Positions 8,396-16,673 are shown, numbered from the stretch's first letter. The stretch: DNA of 64,000 nucleotides from Synergistaceae bacterium (GCA_017451025.1 JAFSSM010000022.1:5420-69419), one strand, 5' to 3'. Made by a program: numbers and translations. Notes: a model not told the origin generated them from the letters alone.

Positions 8396-8420
8396 TTGGG
8401 GATGTAATTATTATATCATG
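8396..8420 (-). promoter_or_regulatory. Conserved 25-nt module, copy A (minus strand TGATATAAT-N6-A-TCCCCAA; overlaps portal ATG)
   Basis: Plus strand TTGGGGATGTAATTATTATATCATG. See findings. Confidence 0.45.
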
Positions 8421-9836
8421 CAGATAACTAACTCCGGTTATTCCGAACACGGCGCTTCCAGACGCAAAACCAGCCTCATCAAGTGGCACTCATCCAGCAA
8501 ATCACCTCACGAGGACATCAGCGAAAATTCAGCACTCTTGCGTGAACGCTCCAGAGACCTCTACATGGGCGGCGGACCCTTAGGACGCGGTGCCATCGAC
8601 AGAATTGCCCTCAACGCTATCGGCAGAGGCCTAAAGCTCAACGTCAGGATTGACCCTGCCCTGCTGAACATGTCCGAACAGCAGGCCTCAGCTTGGAGTG
8701 CCCGCACCGAAGCATTGTTCGACTATTGGGCATCAAGCAGGAACGCTCACTCCGGAAGGGAGTTATCCTTTTACGATTTGCAGTGCTTAGCCTTAAAGTC
8801 TATCCTTATTGACGGCGAAGTCCTCGCAATTATCGAGTACACACCGAATATCTCAATCAGGCTCATTGAGGCCGAACGCATTATGACACCGCCCGACAGG
8901 AACAGCAAACTCATTGACGAAGGAGTTGAACTCAATGAATGGGGAGACCCTGCCGCATTCCACATCGCAAACCGCAACCCGAACGCCGAATTATTGGGAC
9001 AGAAACATTTGGACTGGGTCAGGATTCCGGTTACCAATTCAACACTGCACCTGTTTATCCGTGAACGTATCGGCCAGCACAGAGGCGTACCCTTCCTCGC
9101 TCCCGTAATCGTACAGCTCAAACAGTTATCACGTTACACGGAAGCCGAACTTATGGCGGCAGTTGTTGCGGGGATGTATTCTGTGTTCTTCGAGCACCCG
9201 CCGCGCGAGGACGGCATGTTAGGGAGCGACGAATACGCGTCAGAACAGGGATATGGTGAGACCAGCGGGCTTGAAGGGTTAAGCACTGAGATGATGTACG
9301 GGAGCGTGATAGACCTTCCCGACGGAGTGAAGGCCAGCAGTTTATCGCCAGGCCGTCCAAACCAGAACTTCAACGGTTTCATTGAGGCACTTGCGCACCA
9401 AATCGGGGGAACTCTGGGCATTCCGGAAGAGTTATTGTTCCTGCACTTCACGGCCAGCTATTCAGCATCCAGGGGTGCACTCCTCGAAGCATGGAAGGTG
9501 TTTAAGTATTGGCGGGCATGGTTTGCGGAGAATTTCTGCCAGCCGGTTTATGAGGCATGGCTTGAGGAACAGGTCAATGCAGGCAGGATTGAGGCACCGT
9601 TATACTGGCGGGATGATTTCACGCGGAGCCAGTATGCTTGGGCTGAATGGGTGGGACCGAGTCAGGGGCAGTTGAACCCTGTGCAGGAAGTTGAAGCGGC
9701 GGTAATGAAGATACAGAACAACTTATCGACATATCAGCGTGAATGCAGTGAATTGACGGGCGAGGACTGGGACTTGGTGATGAGTGCACTCACCCGTGAA
9801 CGAATGAAATTACCACAAGCGGATGAAAATACTTAA
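8418..9836 (+). CDS. Portal protein, lambda family
   Basis: 472 aa, positioned after gpW. Sequence character of the lambda gpB family. No AGGAGG-type SD. Confidence 0.85.
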   Translation: MQITNSGYSEHGASRRKTSLIKWHSSSKSPHEDISENSALLRERSRDLYMGGGPLGRGAIDRIALNAIGRGLKLNVRIDPALLNMSEQQASAWSARTEALFDYWASSRNAHSGRELSFYDLQCLALKSILIDGEVLAIIEYTPNISIRLIEAERIMTPPDRNSKLIDEGVELNEWGDPAAFHIANRNPNAELLGQKHLDWVRIPVTNSTLHLFIRERIGQHRGVPFLAPVIVQLKQLSRYTEAELMAAVVAGMYSVFFEHPPREDGMLGSDEYASEQGYGETSGLEGLSTEMMYGSVIDLPDGVKASSLSPGRPNQNFNGFIEALAHQIGGTLGIPEELLFLHFTASYSASRGALLEAWKVFKYWRAWFAENFCQPVYEAWLEEQVNAGRIEAPLYWRDDFTRSQYAWAEWVGPSQGQLNPVQEVEAAVMKIQNNLSTYQRECSELTGEDWDLVMSALTRERMKLPQADENT

Positions 9837-9932
9837 TGCCGCGACTATCCACGCTAGGGCCGCAAACATTAATGCGGTATCAGCAACTTTGTTAAGTCTG
9901 TTCAGCTTGCGTTTGCGTTCTTCGTCGGTCAT
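9810..9932 (-). CDS. Mini single-TM protein (40 aa), below ORF-track cutoff
   Basis: ATG lies 1 nt after the stop of the upstream minus-strand gene, with GGGGGTG upstream. MTDEERKRKLNRLNKVADTALMFAALAWIVAALSIFIRLW. Overlaps the portal 3' end by 27 nt. Confidence 0.45.
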   Translation of the reverse strand: MTDEERKRKLNRLNKVADTALMFAALAWIVAALSIFIRLW

Positions 9933-9935
9933 TGG

Positions 9936-10286
9936 CTACACCCCCAATAATGTTTTTATTGCTGGCAAATAAGGTGCAGCAGTTATCAGTACGGCTATAA
10001 CTCCTGCAATTACACTAATTATTGTCCAGCGGCGGCCTGCCGCATTCTCCATAGCATCTAGCCTGTCCCGGATTGCCTTGATGTCTGACGCTAAACTCTC
10101 TGACTCGCGTTTGCTCTCTGCACGGTAAACTTCAAGTTTTGCGTCGCTGTCTGCCTTGTAGGCTTTAACGTCAGCCCGTATTTCTGCAATTAACGCGGCA
10201 GTCCTGGCCTCGCTTGCGGCATTCTGGGCTTCGATGCGGCGGATAATTTCCTGGAACACATCATTGCGTACATATTCATTGTCCAT
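9936..10286 (-). CDS. Small coiled-coil protein with C-terminal TM anchor, antisense paralog 2
   Basis: ATG at 10286 with GAGGTG upstream. MDNEYVRNDVFQEIIRRIE..., TM WTIISVIAGVIAVLITAAPYL. Confidence 0.65.
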   Translation of the reverse strand: MDNEYVRNDVFQEIIRRIEAQNAASEARTAALIAEIRADVKAYKADSDAKLEVYRAESKRESESLASDIKAIRDRLDAMENAAGRRWTIISVIAGVIAVLITAAPYLPAIKTLLGV

Positions 10287-10313
10287 CAAATTACACCTCA
10301 TTATTTTTTTGCT

Positions 10314-10338
10314 TTAGGGATGTGAAAATTATAGCATG
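10314..10338 (-). promoter_or_regulatory. Conserved 25-nt module, copy B (minus strand TGCTATAAT-N6-A-TCCCTAA; overlaps protease ATG)
   Basis: Plus strand TTAGGGATGTGAAAATTATAGCATG. Confidence 0.45.
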
Positions 10339-11127
10339 TACAAAATTATCAATCACAACGGCAATAACGAAATTCTCCTTTACAGCCTCATTGACTACGG
10401 CATTACCGCCAATAAGGTAATCGATGCCGTCAATTCCTTTGACCCGGACAAAACTATTACCCTCCGCATTAACTCAGAAGGCGGAGACGTTTTCGATGGT
10501 ATCGCACTCTACAATTACCTCAAGGACCGTAACGTCAACGTCATCATTGACGGAGAATGTTCTTCGAGTGCAAGCATTATAGCTATGGCCGGTAAAACTA
10601 TCACCATGAAGCGCGGAAGTCTCCTCATGATTCATAACCCTATGACCTGTGCCTCGGGAGACAGCGAAGCTTTCAAAGCCTATGCAGACATGCTCGGCAA
10701 AATCACCAGCAGCGTAATTGCTATCTATCAGTCCAGGTCTAACCTCAACGCTGACCAGATACGCGACCTCATGGCCGCAGAAACTTGGCTTGAGCCGGAA
10801 ATGGCTAAAGAGTACGGATTTATCGACGACTTCGAGAGCGTAACCTTTGACGAAGCATTGAACGGCCGTTACGACGAAGGGGTAAGGGCAGAGCGCGAAC
10901 GCATAAGGGAGCTTGACGAAATGTACACTCCCGCCCGCGCAATAATCCTCAACAAAGCCAAGTACATCGACCCCCGTTCCGCAAGGGATGTTGCACTGGA
11001 AATTCTGCGTGCAGAGGCGAAAAACACAGCACTTCACCCTAACGGAATATCCCTTCCTTCCGGTTTCAGCGACCAGATGATGAACGACACAATAGACAGC
11101 ATTATTTCAAGAAAGAGAGGATTTTGA
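10336..11127 (+). CDS. Head maturation protease, ClpP-related serine protease
   Basis: GGDVFDGIALYNYLK...SSASIIAMAG...MIHNP. Positioned between portal and capsid genes. Confidence 0.85.
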   Translation: MYKIINHNGNNEILLYSLIDYGITANKVIDAVNSFDPDKTITLRINSEGGDVFDGIALYNYLKDRNVNVIIDGECSSSASIIAMAGKTITMKRGSLLMIHNPMTCASGDSEAFKAYADMLGKITSSVIAIYQSRSNLNADQIRDLMAAETWLEPEMAKEYGFIDDFESVTFDEALNGRYDEGVRAERERIRELDEMYTPARAIILNKAKYIDPRSARDVALEILRAEAKNTALHPNGISLPSGFSDQMMNDTIDSIISRKRGF

Positions 11128-11130
11128 CGA

Positions 11131-11505
11131 ATGGCGGAATATTACAGGAAATTGACCGAAATCACCGAAATTCCGGCACCTGACGATTTGGTGCAGGGAG
11201 GGTATGTTGCAGACATCGTTGCTCTGGCCTCGCCCGGCGACTACAAGCGCGGGCTTGTCCTCATGAGCGGCGAAGACGGGTTTATCCCCGCAACAAGTGC
11301 AGGTATCGGCAGTGCTGATGAGGCATGCATTCTCGCGGAAAACATCTCATTCACCGAAGGAACTTGCAGTGCCAGCGCATACTTTGGGGGGATTATCAAT
11401 TCCGAGAGGGTTATTCTGGGCTATGAGACTGAAAGCGACAATCACTCTGAGCTTATTTCGGCGGTAAAACCTGTGCTTCGTGCACACAAGCTGTTTTTGG
11501 TCTAA
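11131..11505 (+). CDS. Head decoration protein (gpD-position)
   Basis: 124-aa ORF between protease and E-type capsid gene. Assigned mainly by position. Confidence 0.5.
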   Translation: MAEYYRKLTEITEIPAPDDLVQGGYVADIVALASPGDYKRGLVLMSGEDGFIPATSAGIGSADEACILAENISFTEGTCSASAYFGGIINSERVILGYETESDNHSELISAVKPVLRAHKLFLV

Positions 11506-11519
11506 GGAGGACTTCCATC

Positions 11520-12542
11520 ATGAACTACTATGAACCTAAATTTTTACGTGCGGCTATCAGGAAAATTACTCCGGCACGCCAGTTCTTCAGGCATAGATTT
11601 TTCGCAGACACAATGACTTTCCCCACTAAGTCCGTTACTTTCGAGTATGCACGCAGTCCCCGTGTAGTTCTGCCCTACGCAAACGAGGAAGCAGGCAGTG
11701 TGAACGTTGCACGCTCGGGGTATCAGGCACTCACATTTACGGCACCGTTGCTCTCAGGCCACAGGATAATCACCCCGTCAACACTTAACGATAAGCTGTT
11801 CGGTGAATCACAGTGGGACAGCGGCTATACCCCTGAGGACAGGGCGCGCGAGCTTGCGGTTATGGACTTGATGGAACTGCAAGACAGCCTTTACCGTCAG
11901 GAAGAGTATATGTGCGCAAGGTTGATGCAGGACGGGAAATTGACGGTGGACAGTCCTGGCGTGAAGGCGGAAATAGATTACGGGTTTACTCAGATTGAGA
12001 CCGTAACGAACGCCAACAAATGGACAACTACTTACGATATTCTGGGAAAACTGTTGAAGTGTGCGCGTGAGCTCCGCAAAAACGGGATAAACCCTGACAC
12101 ATTGATAGTGGGACATGAAGTGAGCGAGGCAATCAACAAGAATGAAGGGGTATTGAAGCTCCGCAATGACCAGTGGGTGAATATTCCGGAGCCTGGCAGT
12201 CTGGAAGACGGGATAACCTATGTGTGCCAGCTTCGTGCACCTGGAATTTACCTGAATGTGCTTGAGTATGACGAATACTATTCGGACAAGGACGGAAATA
12301 TCCTGCCGCTTGTTGACCCTAAGACGGCAATCCTGATGTCAAGCAGGGACCGCAACATGATGCTTTACGGAGCGGTTGTGTACCTGGACAAGTCTGGGGA
12401 GTATGTGTCGGAAATGGCGGAATATGTGCCTTACGTGGTGAATGAGTATGACCCGCCGGTGAAGAAGTTAGTGGTGAGTTCGCGTCCCTTGCCGATGCCT
12501 AGGGACATTGAGAGCTGGATAGTGTTAAAGGATTTGGTGTAG
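11520..12542 (+). CDS. Major capsid protein, lambda gpE family
   Basis: 340 aa. AGGAGG SD. N-terminus and length typical of the capsid E family; follows the decoration gene. Confidence 0.8.
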   Translation: MNYYEPKFLRAAIRKITPARQFFRHRFFADTMTFPTKSVTFEYARSPRVVLPYANEEAGSVNVARSGYQALTFTAPLLSGHRIITPSTLNDKLFGESQWDSGYTPEDRARELAVMDLMELQDSLYRQEEYMCARLMQDGKLTVDSPGVKAEIDYGFTQIETVTNANKWTTTYDILGKLLKCARELRKNGINPDTLIVGHEVSEAINKNEGVLKLRNDQWVNIPEPGSLEDGITYVCQLRAPGIYLNVLEYDEYYSDKDGNILPLVDPKTAILMSSRDRNMMLYGAVVYLDKSGEYVSEMAEYVPYVVNEYDPPVKKLVVSSRPLPMPRDIESWIVLKDLV

Positions 12543-12575
12543 GGTGAGTACCTGAGGAGTGAGAAATACTCACCC
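12542..12575. terminator. 9-bp hairpin between convergent capsid and antisense genes
   Basis: GGGTGAGTA-16 nt-TACTCACCC. No clear U-tract on either strand. Confidence 0.3.
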
Positions 12576-12586
12576 TGTCAATGGCT

Positions 12587-12811
12587 TTAACCTGCACTGC
12601 GCGACAGAAAATACATGACGACAGCCAAGCCAATCTGCATAGCTGCAAATACTCCTGCTATTATTGAGACAGTTATTCCCCAAAAATTAACTTGCCTGTT
12701 CACGGTGTCTTTCAGATCATCTATGCGCTGATTAGTTTTCTCGTCCAGCATGAGCAAAGTATCCTGCTCTGCGCCGTAGACATCTTTGCGGACAAAATCC
12801 TTCTCGTTCAT
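12587..12811 (-). CDS. Small coiled-coil protein with C-terminal TM anchor, antisense paralog 3
   Basis: ATG at 12811 with GAGGTAG upstream. MNEKDFVRKDVYGAEQD..., TM ITVSIIAGVFAAMQIGLAVVMYFL. Confidence 0.6.
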   Translation of the reverse strand: MNEKDFVRKDVYGAEQDTLLMLDEKTNQRIDDLKDTVNRQVNFWGITVSIIAGVFAAMQIGLAVVMYFLSRSAG

Positions 12812-12816
12812 GTTAT

Positions 12817-12990
12817 CTACCTCTGCAATAACAGCCACACAGAAAACACGAACGACAACGTCAGCGCTGAAAATGAGAACAATGAACAGCCAATCAGGAA
12901 TCTGCGCATTTTTTGCCAGTCCTTTTTGTCCTGCTCAACACTTGCTGCTATTTTTTGGGACAATTCTTCTATCGTCGGAGCTATACGCAT
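12817..12990 (-). CDS. Small single-TM protein (57 aa), below ORF-track cutoff
   Basis: ATG at 12990 with GAGGTG upstream. MRIAPTIEELSQKIAASVEQDKKDWQKMRRFLIGCSLFSFSALTLSFVFSVWLLLQR. Its stop lies inside the SD of the next minus-strand gene. Confidence 0.5.
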   Translation of the reverse strand: MRIAPTIEELSQKIAASVEQDKKDWQKMRRFLIGCSLFSFSALTLSFVFSVWLLLQR

Positions 12991-13015
12991 AGTACTTCAC
13001 CTCATTAATTTTTAT

Positions 13016-13040
13016 TTGGGAATGGAGAGATTATAACATG
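13016..13040 (-). promoter_or_regulatory. Conserved 25-nt module, copy C (minus strand TGTTATAAT-N6-A-TTCCCAA; overlaps ATG at 13038)
   Basis: Plus strand TTGGGAATGGAGAGATTATAACATG. Confidence 0.45.
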
Positions 13041-13394
13041 AACTTTCAGGGCTGGGACTTCCGCTCTATCTATGAACAGCCACCCCCTGACTTGATGGAG
13101 GCCGAAGCATTCTTCGCCGCCTTCGCCAAATTCCACGACATTGACGGCACAAGCATTGAGTGCATTTTCACGAGGGCTAAACGCCAGCCCGTAGCAATAA
13201 TTCCCGGAGCAAACGGGGAGAACATAGACGGAATAACTTCGTTTACCAGCGTGTTAATCGTGAAGGACGAGGATATATCGGGAGCCGAACAGGGAGGAAG
13301 TTTGAGGATAGACGGTGTGCACTGCCGGATAATGACGGTGTCGCACCCGATTATGGGCATTACCAGGATGGAACTTGAGGGTTATGCGGGGTAA
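13038..13394 (+). CDS. Head completion / head-tail joining protein (gpFII-position), hypothetical
   Basis: 118 aa, first gene after the capsid gene. Assigned by position and size only. Confidence 0.35.
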   Translation: MNFQGWDFRSIYEQPPPDLMEAEAFFAAFAKFHDIDGTSIECIFTRAKRQPVAIIPGANGENIDGITSFTSVLIVKDEDISGAEQGGSLRIDGVHCRIMTVSHPIMGITRMELEGYAG

Positions 13395-13441
13395 TTTGAC
13401 TTAATTATCTTCGCAGCATTCTTTCGAAAGGTGATTATACC

Positions 13442-13993
13442 ATGATTAGGTTTTCCTTCACGGCTAACACACGGGACCTGCGCTACCTTTCCCGAACGGA
13501 CAAGCTCCTCCAAAAAGCCCTGTACATGGCCAAGAAAGACACAATGCGTCTCCTCAAAAACGAGGCGGCCCGCCAGGTCAGCGCACAATACTGGCTTACG
13601 CAGAAACAGGTCAAGGAAGCAATTCGTGAGGAGCCTGCGGGAATACGCGTCAGGTCCGGAATGCTGTCGCTCGAAAAGTACAAGATTTCCCCCACGCACC
13701 CGGCTGGCGGCAAACGTAAACTTCTCGGTGCAGTCAAACGTTCCGGAGGCCTTAAGCCATTAGGCAACGCATTCCTCAGGCCTGCACGCGGAGGCGGCTT
13801 CAAGCCGTATATGCGTCCCTCAAACGGCAAAGGCAGGCCGAAGCTCATAACCGGACCGTCAATCGCTCAGACAGTGGGCAACCCCGAAATTATGGAGAGA
13901 CTGCAGGCACGGGCAGGCGAGACATTCCAGAACAGGGCAGATTTCTACGTGAGCAGACTCGGAATTTTTGCACCTAAAGGGGGCTGGAGATAA
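13442..13993 (+). CDS. Virion morphogenesis / minor tail protein (gpZ-position), hypothetical
   Basis: 183 aa, basic. Position and size fit lambda gpZ-like proteins; not verified. Confidence 0.35.
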   Translation: MIRFSFTANTRDLRYLSRTDKLLQKALYMAKKDTMRLLKNEAARQVSAQYWLTQKQVKEAIREEPAGIRVRSGMLSLEKYKISPTHPAGGKRKLLGAVKRSGGLKPLGNAFLRPARGGGFKPYMRPSNGKGRPKLITGPSIAQTVGNPEIMERLQARAGETFQNRADFYVSRLGIFAPKGGWR

Positions 13994-14007
13994 TTAACAG
14001 ATTAACT

Positions 14008-14544
14008 TTGATGCAGGATTTGACCGAACGCTTAAGGGCATTAATGCAGGGGTATTCACTGCCCGGCAAATCCGGAGCGTTGCAGGAAGTGAGGGTTTTT
14101 GCCCAATATGTGCCACAGCCTGCGGGAATAACCTTTACCGACAAGGAGAAGCGCGGCCTCAAAAATTACGCTTCGAGCGATTACGAGAGCAATTTTCCGT
14201 GCATAATCGTGCAGTTCGGGGAAATGACAGACCTCGAAGAACGGAGCCGCCAGCACAGTACTTGCAGTGTGAGGCTGTTAATCGGGATATACGACGATGA
14301 GCCGGAATGCCAGGGTTACCAGGATGTATTGAACATCCAGGAGACAATACGGCAATACCTGCTTGAACACCGGATACTGGCTAACCGCCATCTGCTGATG
14401 ATGCCAATGAAGTGCAGGCTATTGGACGCGGAGACTTGGCCGGTGTATTTCGGTGAAATGGAGCTTAACTACCAGGTAGGCAGGCCGATACGGAGCAATG
14501 ATTACGTGTATGCGTTCGAGGGTCTGCCGACGAAACCAGAATAA
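14008..14544 (+). CDS. Hypothetical structural protein (tail completion position)
   Basis: 178-aa ORF co-directional with the structural genes. Confidence 0.35.
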   Translation: MMQDLTERLRALMQGYSLPGKSGALQEVRVFAQYVPQPAGITFTDKEKRGLKNYASSDYESNFPCIIVQFGEMTDLEERSRQHSTCSVRLLIGIYDDEPECQGYQDVLNIQETIRQYLLEHRILANRHLLMMPMKCRLLDAETWPVYFGEMELNYQVGRPIRSNDYVYAFEGLPTKPE

Positions 14545-14558
14545 GGAGAAATATAACG

Positions 14559-14807
14559 ATGGATGACCAGAGAATATATATCGGGCCGAACGTTAGGACG
14601 CTCGGATTATTGCGGAACCAGGTATTTATTGAGGGACTGCCCGGCCAAGTGCAGGATGCAGCTGCGAAATTTCCGGAAGTTGCGGACCTGATTGTGCCTG
14701 TGTCAGAATTTGACGAAGCAGAGCGTAAGGCACATACGGCAGGAGAGCACCTGCACAGGGTGTATCAGGAATTTGTGCAGGCACTCGGCAAACAGGGCAA
14801 GGATTAA
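14559..14807 (+). CDS. Hypothetical protein
   Basis: 82-aa ORF with AAGGAG SD. Confidence 0.4.
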   Translation: MDDQRIYIGPNVRTLGLLRNQVFIEGLPGQVQDAAAKFPEVADLIVPVSEFDEAERKAHTAGEHLHRVYQEFVQALGKQGKD

Positions 14808-15205
14808 CGGGCTAATTTTTCCTTGATGGCTTCCTGCAGGACCCGGGAAAAATTGAGGCCTGCTCTTTTGCCCTCGTCAATCATCCATTTCGGGAGGGTA
14901 ACCATTTTGTTGACGGACTTGTTCGCAATTTTTGCGCGGACCGGGGGCATGAATGCCTCAACTGGTGCAACAATCTGGTTAGCCCTGAGGTTTTTCTTGA
15001 GTCCCAGAATGTCGGAGGGTCCAGGAATTTGGTCGTTGTCCTGCCCGCCGCCCCAGAGGAAGCCTTCCAGTGCTTCGCGGGCATTATGCAGTGCTTCTTC
15101 GATGGTGTTTCCGCTGGTAATACGGCCGGGCAAATCAGGGAAACGTACGATTACGCCTTCTTCCGTGAAGCTGAACACGGCGGGAAAAATGTATCTGTCT
15201 TTCAA
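14804..15205 (-). CDS. HicB-like antitoxin-fold protein with C-terminal RHH (no HicA partner found)
   Basis: TTG start with AAAGGAG SD. FPAVFSFTEEGVIVRFPDLPGRITSGNTIEEALHNAREALEGFL, plus C-terminal TLPKWMIDEGKRAGLNFSRVLQEAIKEKL. Confidence 0.65.
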   Translation of the reverse strand: MKDRYIFPAVFSFTEEGVIVRFPDLPGRITSGNTIEEALHNAREALEGFLWGGGQDNDQIPGPSDILGLKKNLRANQIVAPVEAFMPPVRAKIANKSVNKMVTLPKWMIDEGKRAGLNFSRVLQEAIKEKLAR

Positions 15206-15416
15206 GATTTAACACGCTCCTTTAGGTCTTAATGTTTTATGATATTTTGACGGGGAGCAGGTCCCGTGCTATCTGAGGCCTGCAAGCGTCAAGGTATCTC
15301 TTTCACCGGCAAGGCGGAGATTTCTTGTCATCCCGAACTGTCGGTTTTTCTGCTGGGATGTATATATTCATCATATGTAACTGTACAGACAAGTATATAT
15401 AAGGGAGAGATTATCC

Positions 15417-16124
15417 ATGAATTACGGAGACATAGTAGAGCTCGGCCGGCACAGATTGATGTGCGGAGACGCAAGGAAGCGTGAGGACATTGAGCGGCTT
15501 CTGGACGGTGAGAGCGTTGACCTTGTGCTGACTGACCCGCCCTACGGGATGAAGTGCCAAGACTCTCGGGGGTACTGCGGAGGTCATAACGTGTTAATGA
15601 GGGGGATAAAGCAACGTTATCGTTCACTCATAGGCGACGACTCTCAGGACACAGCCCGCGAATACTGGCAGGTCTCCTCTGACCTCACCGACAATCATAT
15701 TATCTGGGGCGGCCAGTACTTCGCGCATTTCCTGCCCATTTCAGGCGCATGGATTTTCTGGGACAAGCACACAGGAACTAACGACTTCAGCGACGGCGAG
15801 CTTGCATGGTGTTCGCGGGGCAAACGCATACGCTACTATTCGCACCTGTGGAACGGGGTCTGCCGTCAAGGGAGCTATGCCCTCAACCCCAGACCGCGCG
15901 TTCACCCCACGCAGAAACCCGTAGAACTTCACGCGAAGATACTCGAGGACTTCTCCGCTGAAGGAGACCTCATCCTTGACTGCTTCGGCGGGAGCGGTAC
16001 TACACTCATTGCCTGCGAGATTACCGGCAGAACATGTTTCATGATGGAATTATCACCCGAATACTGCGACGTTATCATTAACCGCTACAACTCTTTGACC
16101 CGAAATTCCCTCATGCTACAATAA
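15417..16124 (+). CDS. DNA methyltransferase (N6-adenine/N4-cytosine class, DPPY motif), no cognate nuclease nearby
   Basis: VDLVLTDPPYGM and HPTQKPVELHAKIL...DCFGGSGTTLIACE. Confidence 0.85.
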   Translation: MNYGDIVELGRHRLMCGDARKREDIERLLDGESVDLVLTDPPYGMKCQDSRGYCGGHNVLMRGIKQRYRSLIGDDSQDTAREYWQVSSDLTDNHIIWGGQYFAHFLPISGAWIFWDKHTGTNDFSDGELAWCSRGKRIRYYSHLWNGVCRQGSYALNPRPRVHPTQKPVELHAKILEDFSAEGDLILDCFGGSGTTLIACEITGRTCFMMELSPEYCDVIINRYNSLTRNSLMLQ

Positions 16125-16158
16125 CCTCATCCATTCATCTATTCAGGAGGCCGTTGTT

Positions 16159-16416
16159 ATGCCTATTATCTCGATGTTTCTCGGCATTATCATTTACATG
16201 CGGTTCAATGAACACCTGCCCCCGCACTTTCTCGCAAAATATCAGGGACAGGAAGCCGCATTCACCCTTGACGGCGAAATCTTAAGCGGAAGCATTCCCC
16301 CCAGACAGCAGAAGTTCGTGCGGGCTTGGATTGAACTTCACCAAGACGAACTCGCCGCTAACTGGGAAGTTGCACGCGAACATGGCGAACTCTTCAGGAT
16401 TGACCCGCTGAGGTAA
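16159..16416 (+). CDS. DUF4160-family protein
   Basis: MPIISMFLGIIIYMRFNEHLPPHFLAKYQGQEAAF...ELAANWE. Confidence 0.75.
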   Translation: MPIISMFLGIIIYMRFNEHLPPHFLAKYQGQEAAFTLDGEILSGSIPPRQQKFVRAWIELHQDELAANWEVAREHGELFRIDPLR

Positions 16417-16421
16417 TCATT

Positions 16422-16673
16422 ATGCCTAATCCTGAATGGTGCGTACTCAAGGCCGAAGTCATTCCGCCTTATACCCTTAAGCTGTGGTTTGAGGACGGCA
16501 GTATTAAGCTGTATGACTTCACACATAACCTGAATTACCCGTGCTTCAAGCGTCTTAGGAACAAGGGGTTCTTCAGCTGTGCAAAAACTGACGGCTCAAC
16601 TGTTGTGTGGCCGGGCGATATTGACATCGCTCCCGAAGAACTCTACGAAAACAGCATTCCCTTTACTCAATAA
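16422..16673 (+). CDS. DUF2442-family protein (usual partner of DUF4160)
   Basis: 83 aa, 5 nt downstream of the DUF4160 ORF. YTLKLWFEDGSIKLYDF...VVWPGDIDIAPEELY. Confidence 0.65.
   Translation: MPNPEWCVLKAEVIPPYTLKLWFEDGSIKLYDFTHNLNYPCFKRLRNKGFFSCAKTDGSTVVWPGDIDIAPEELYENSIPFTQ

Noticed and set aside
15206-15416. Search for a HicA toxin partner upstream of the HicB-like gene
   Set aside because: All three minus-strand frames give only 20-23-aa ORFs without SD or HicA-like sequence. The plus-strand ORF 15266-15484 also shows no HicA features. The HicB-like gene is therefore reported as an orphan.
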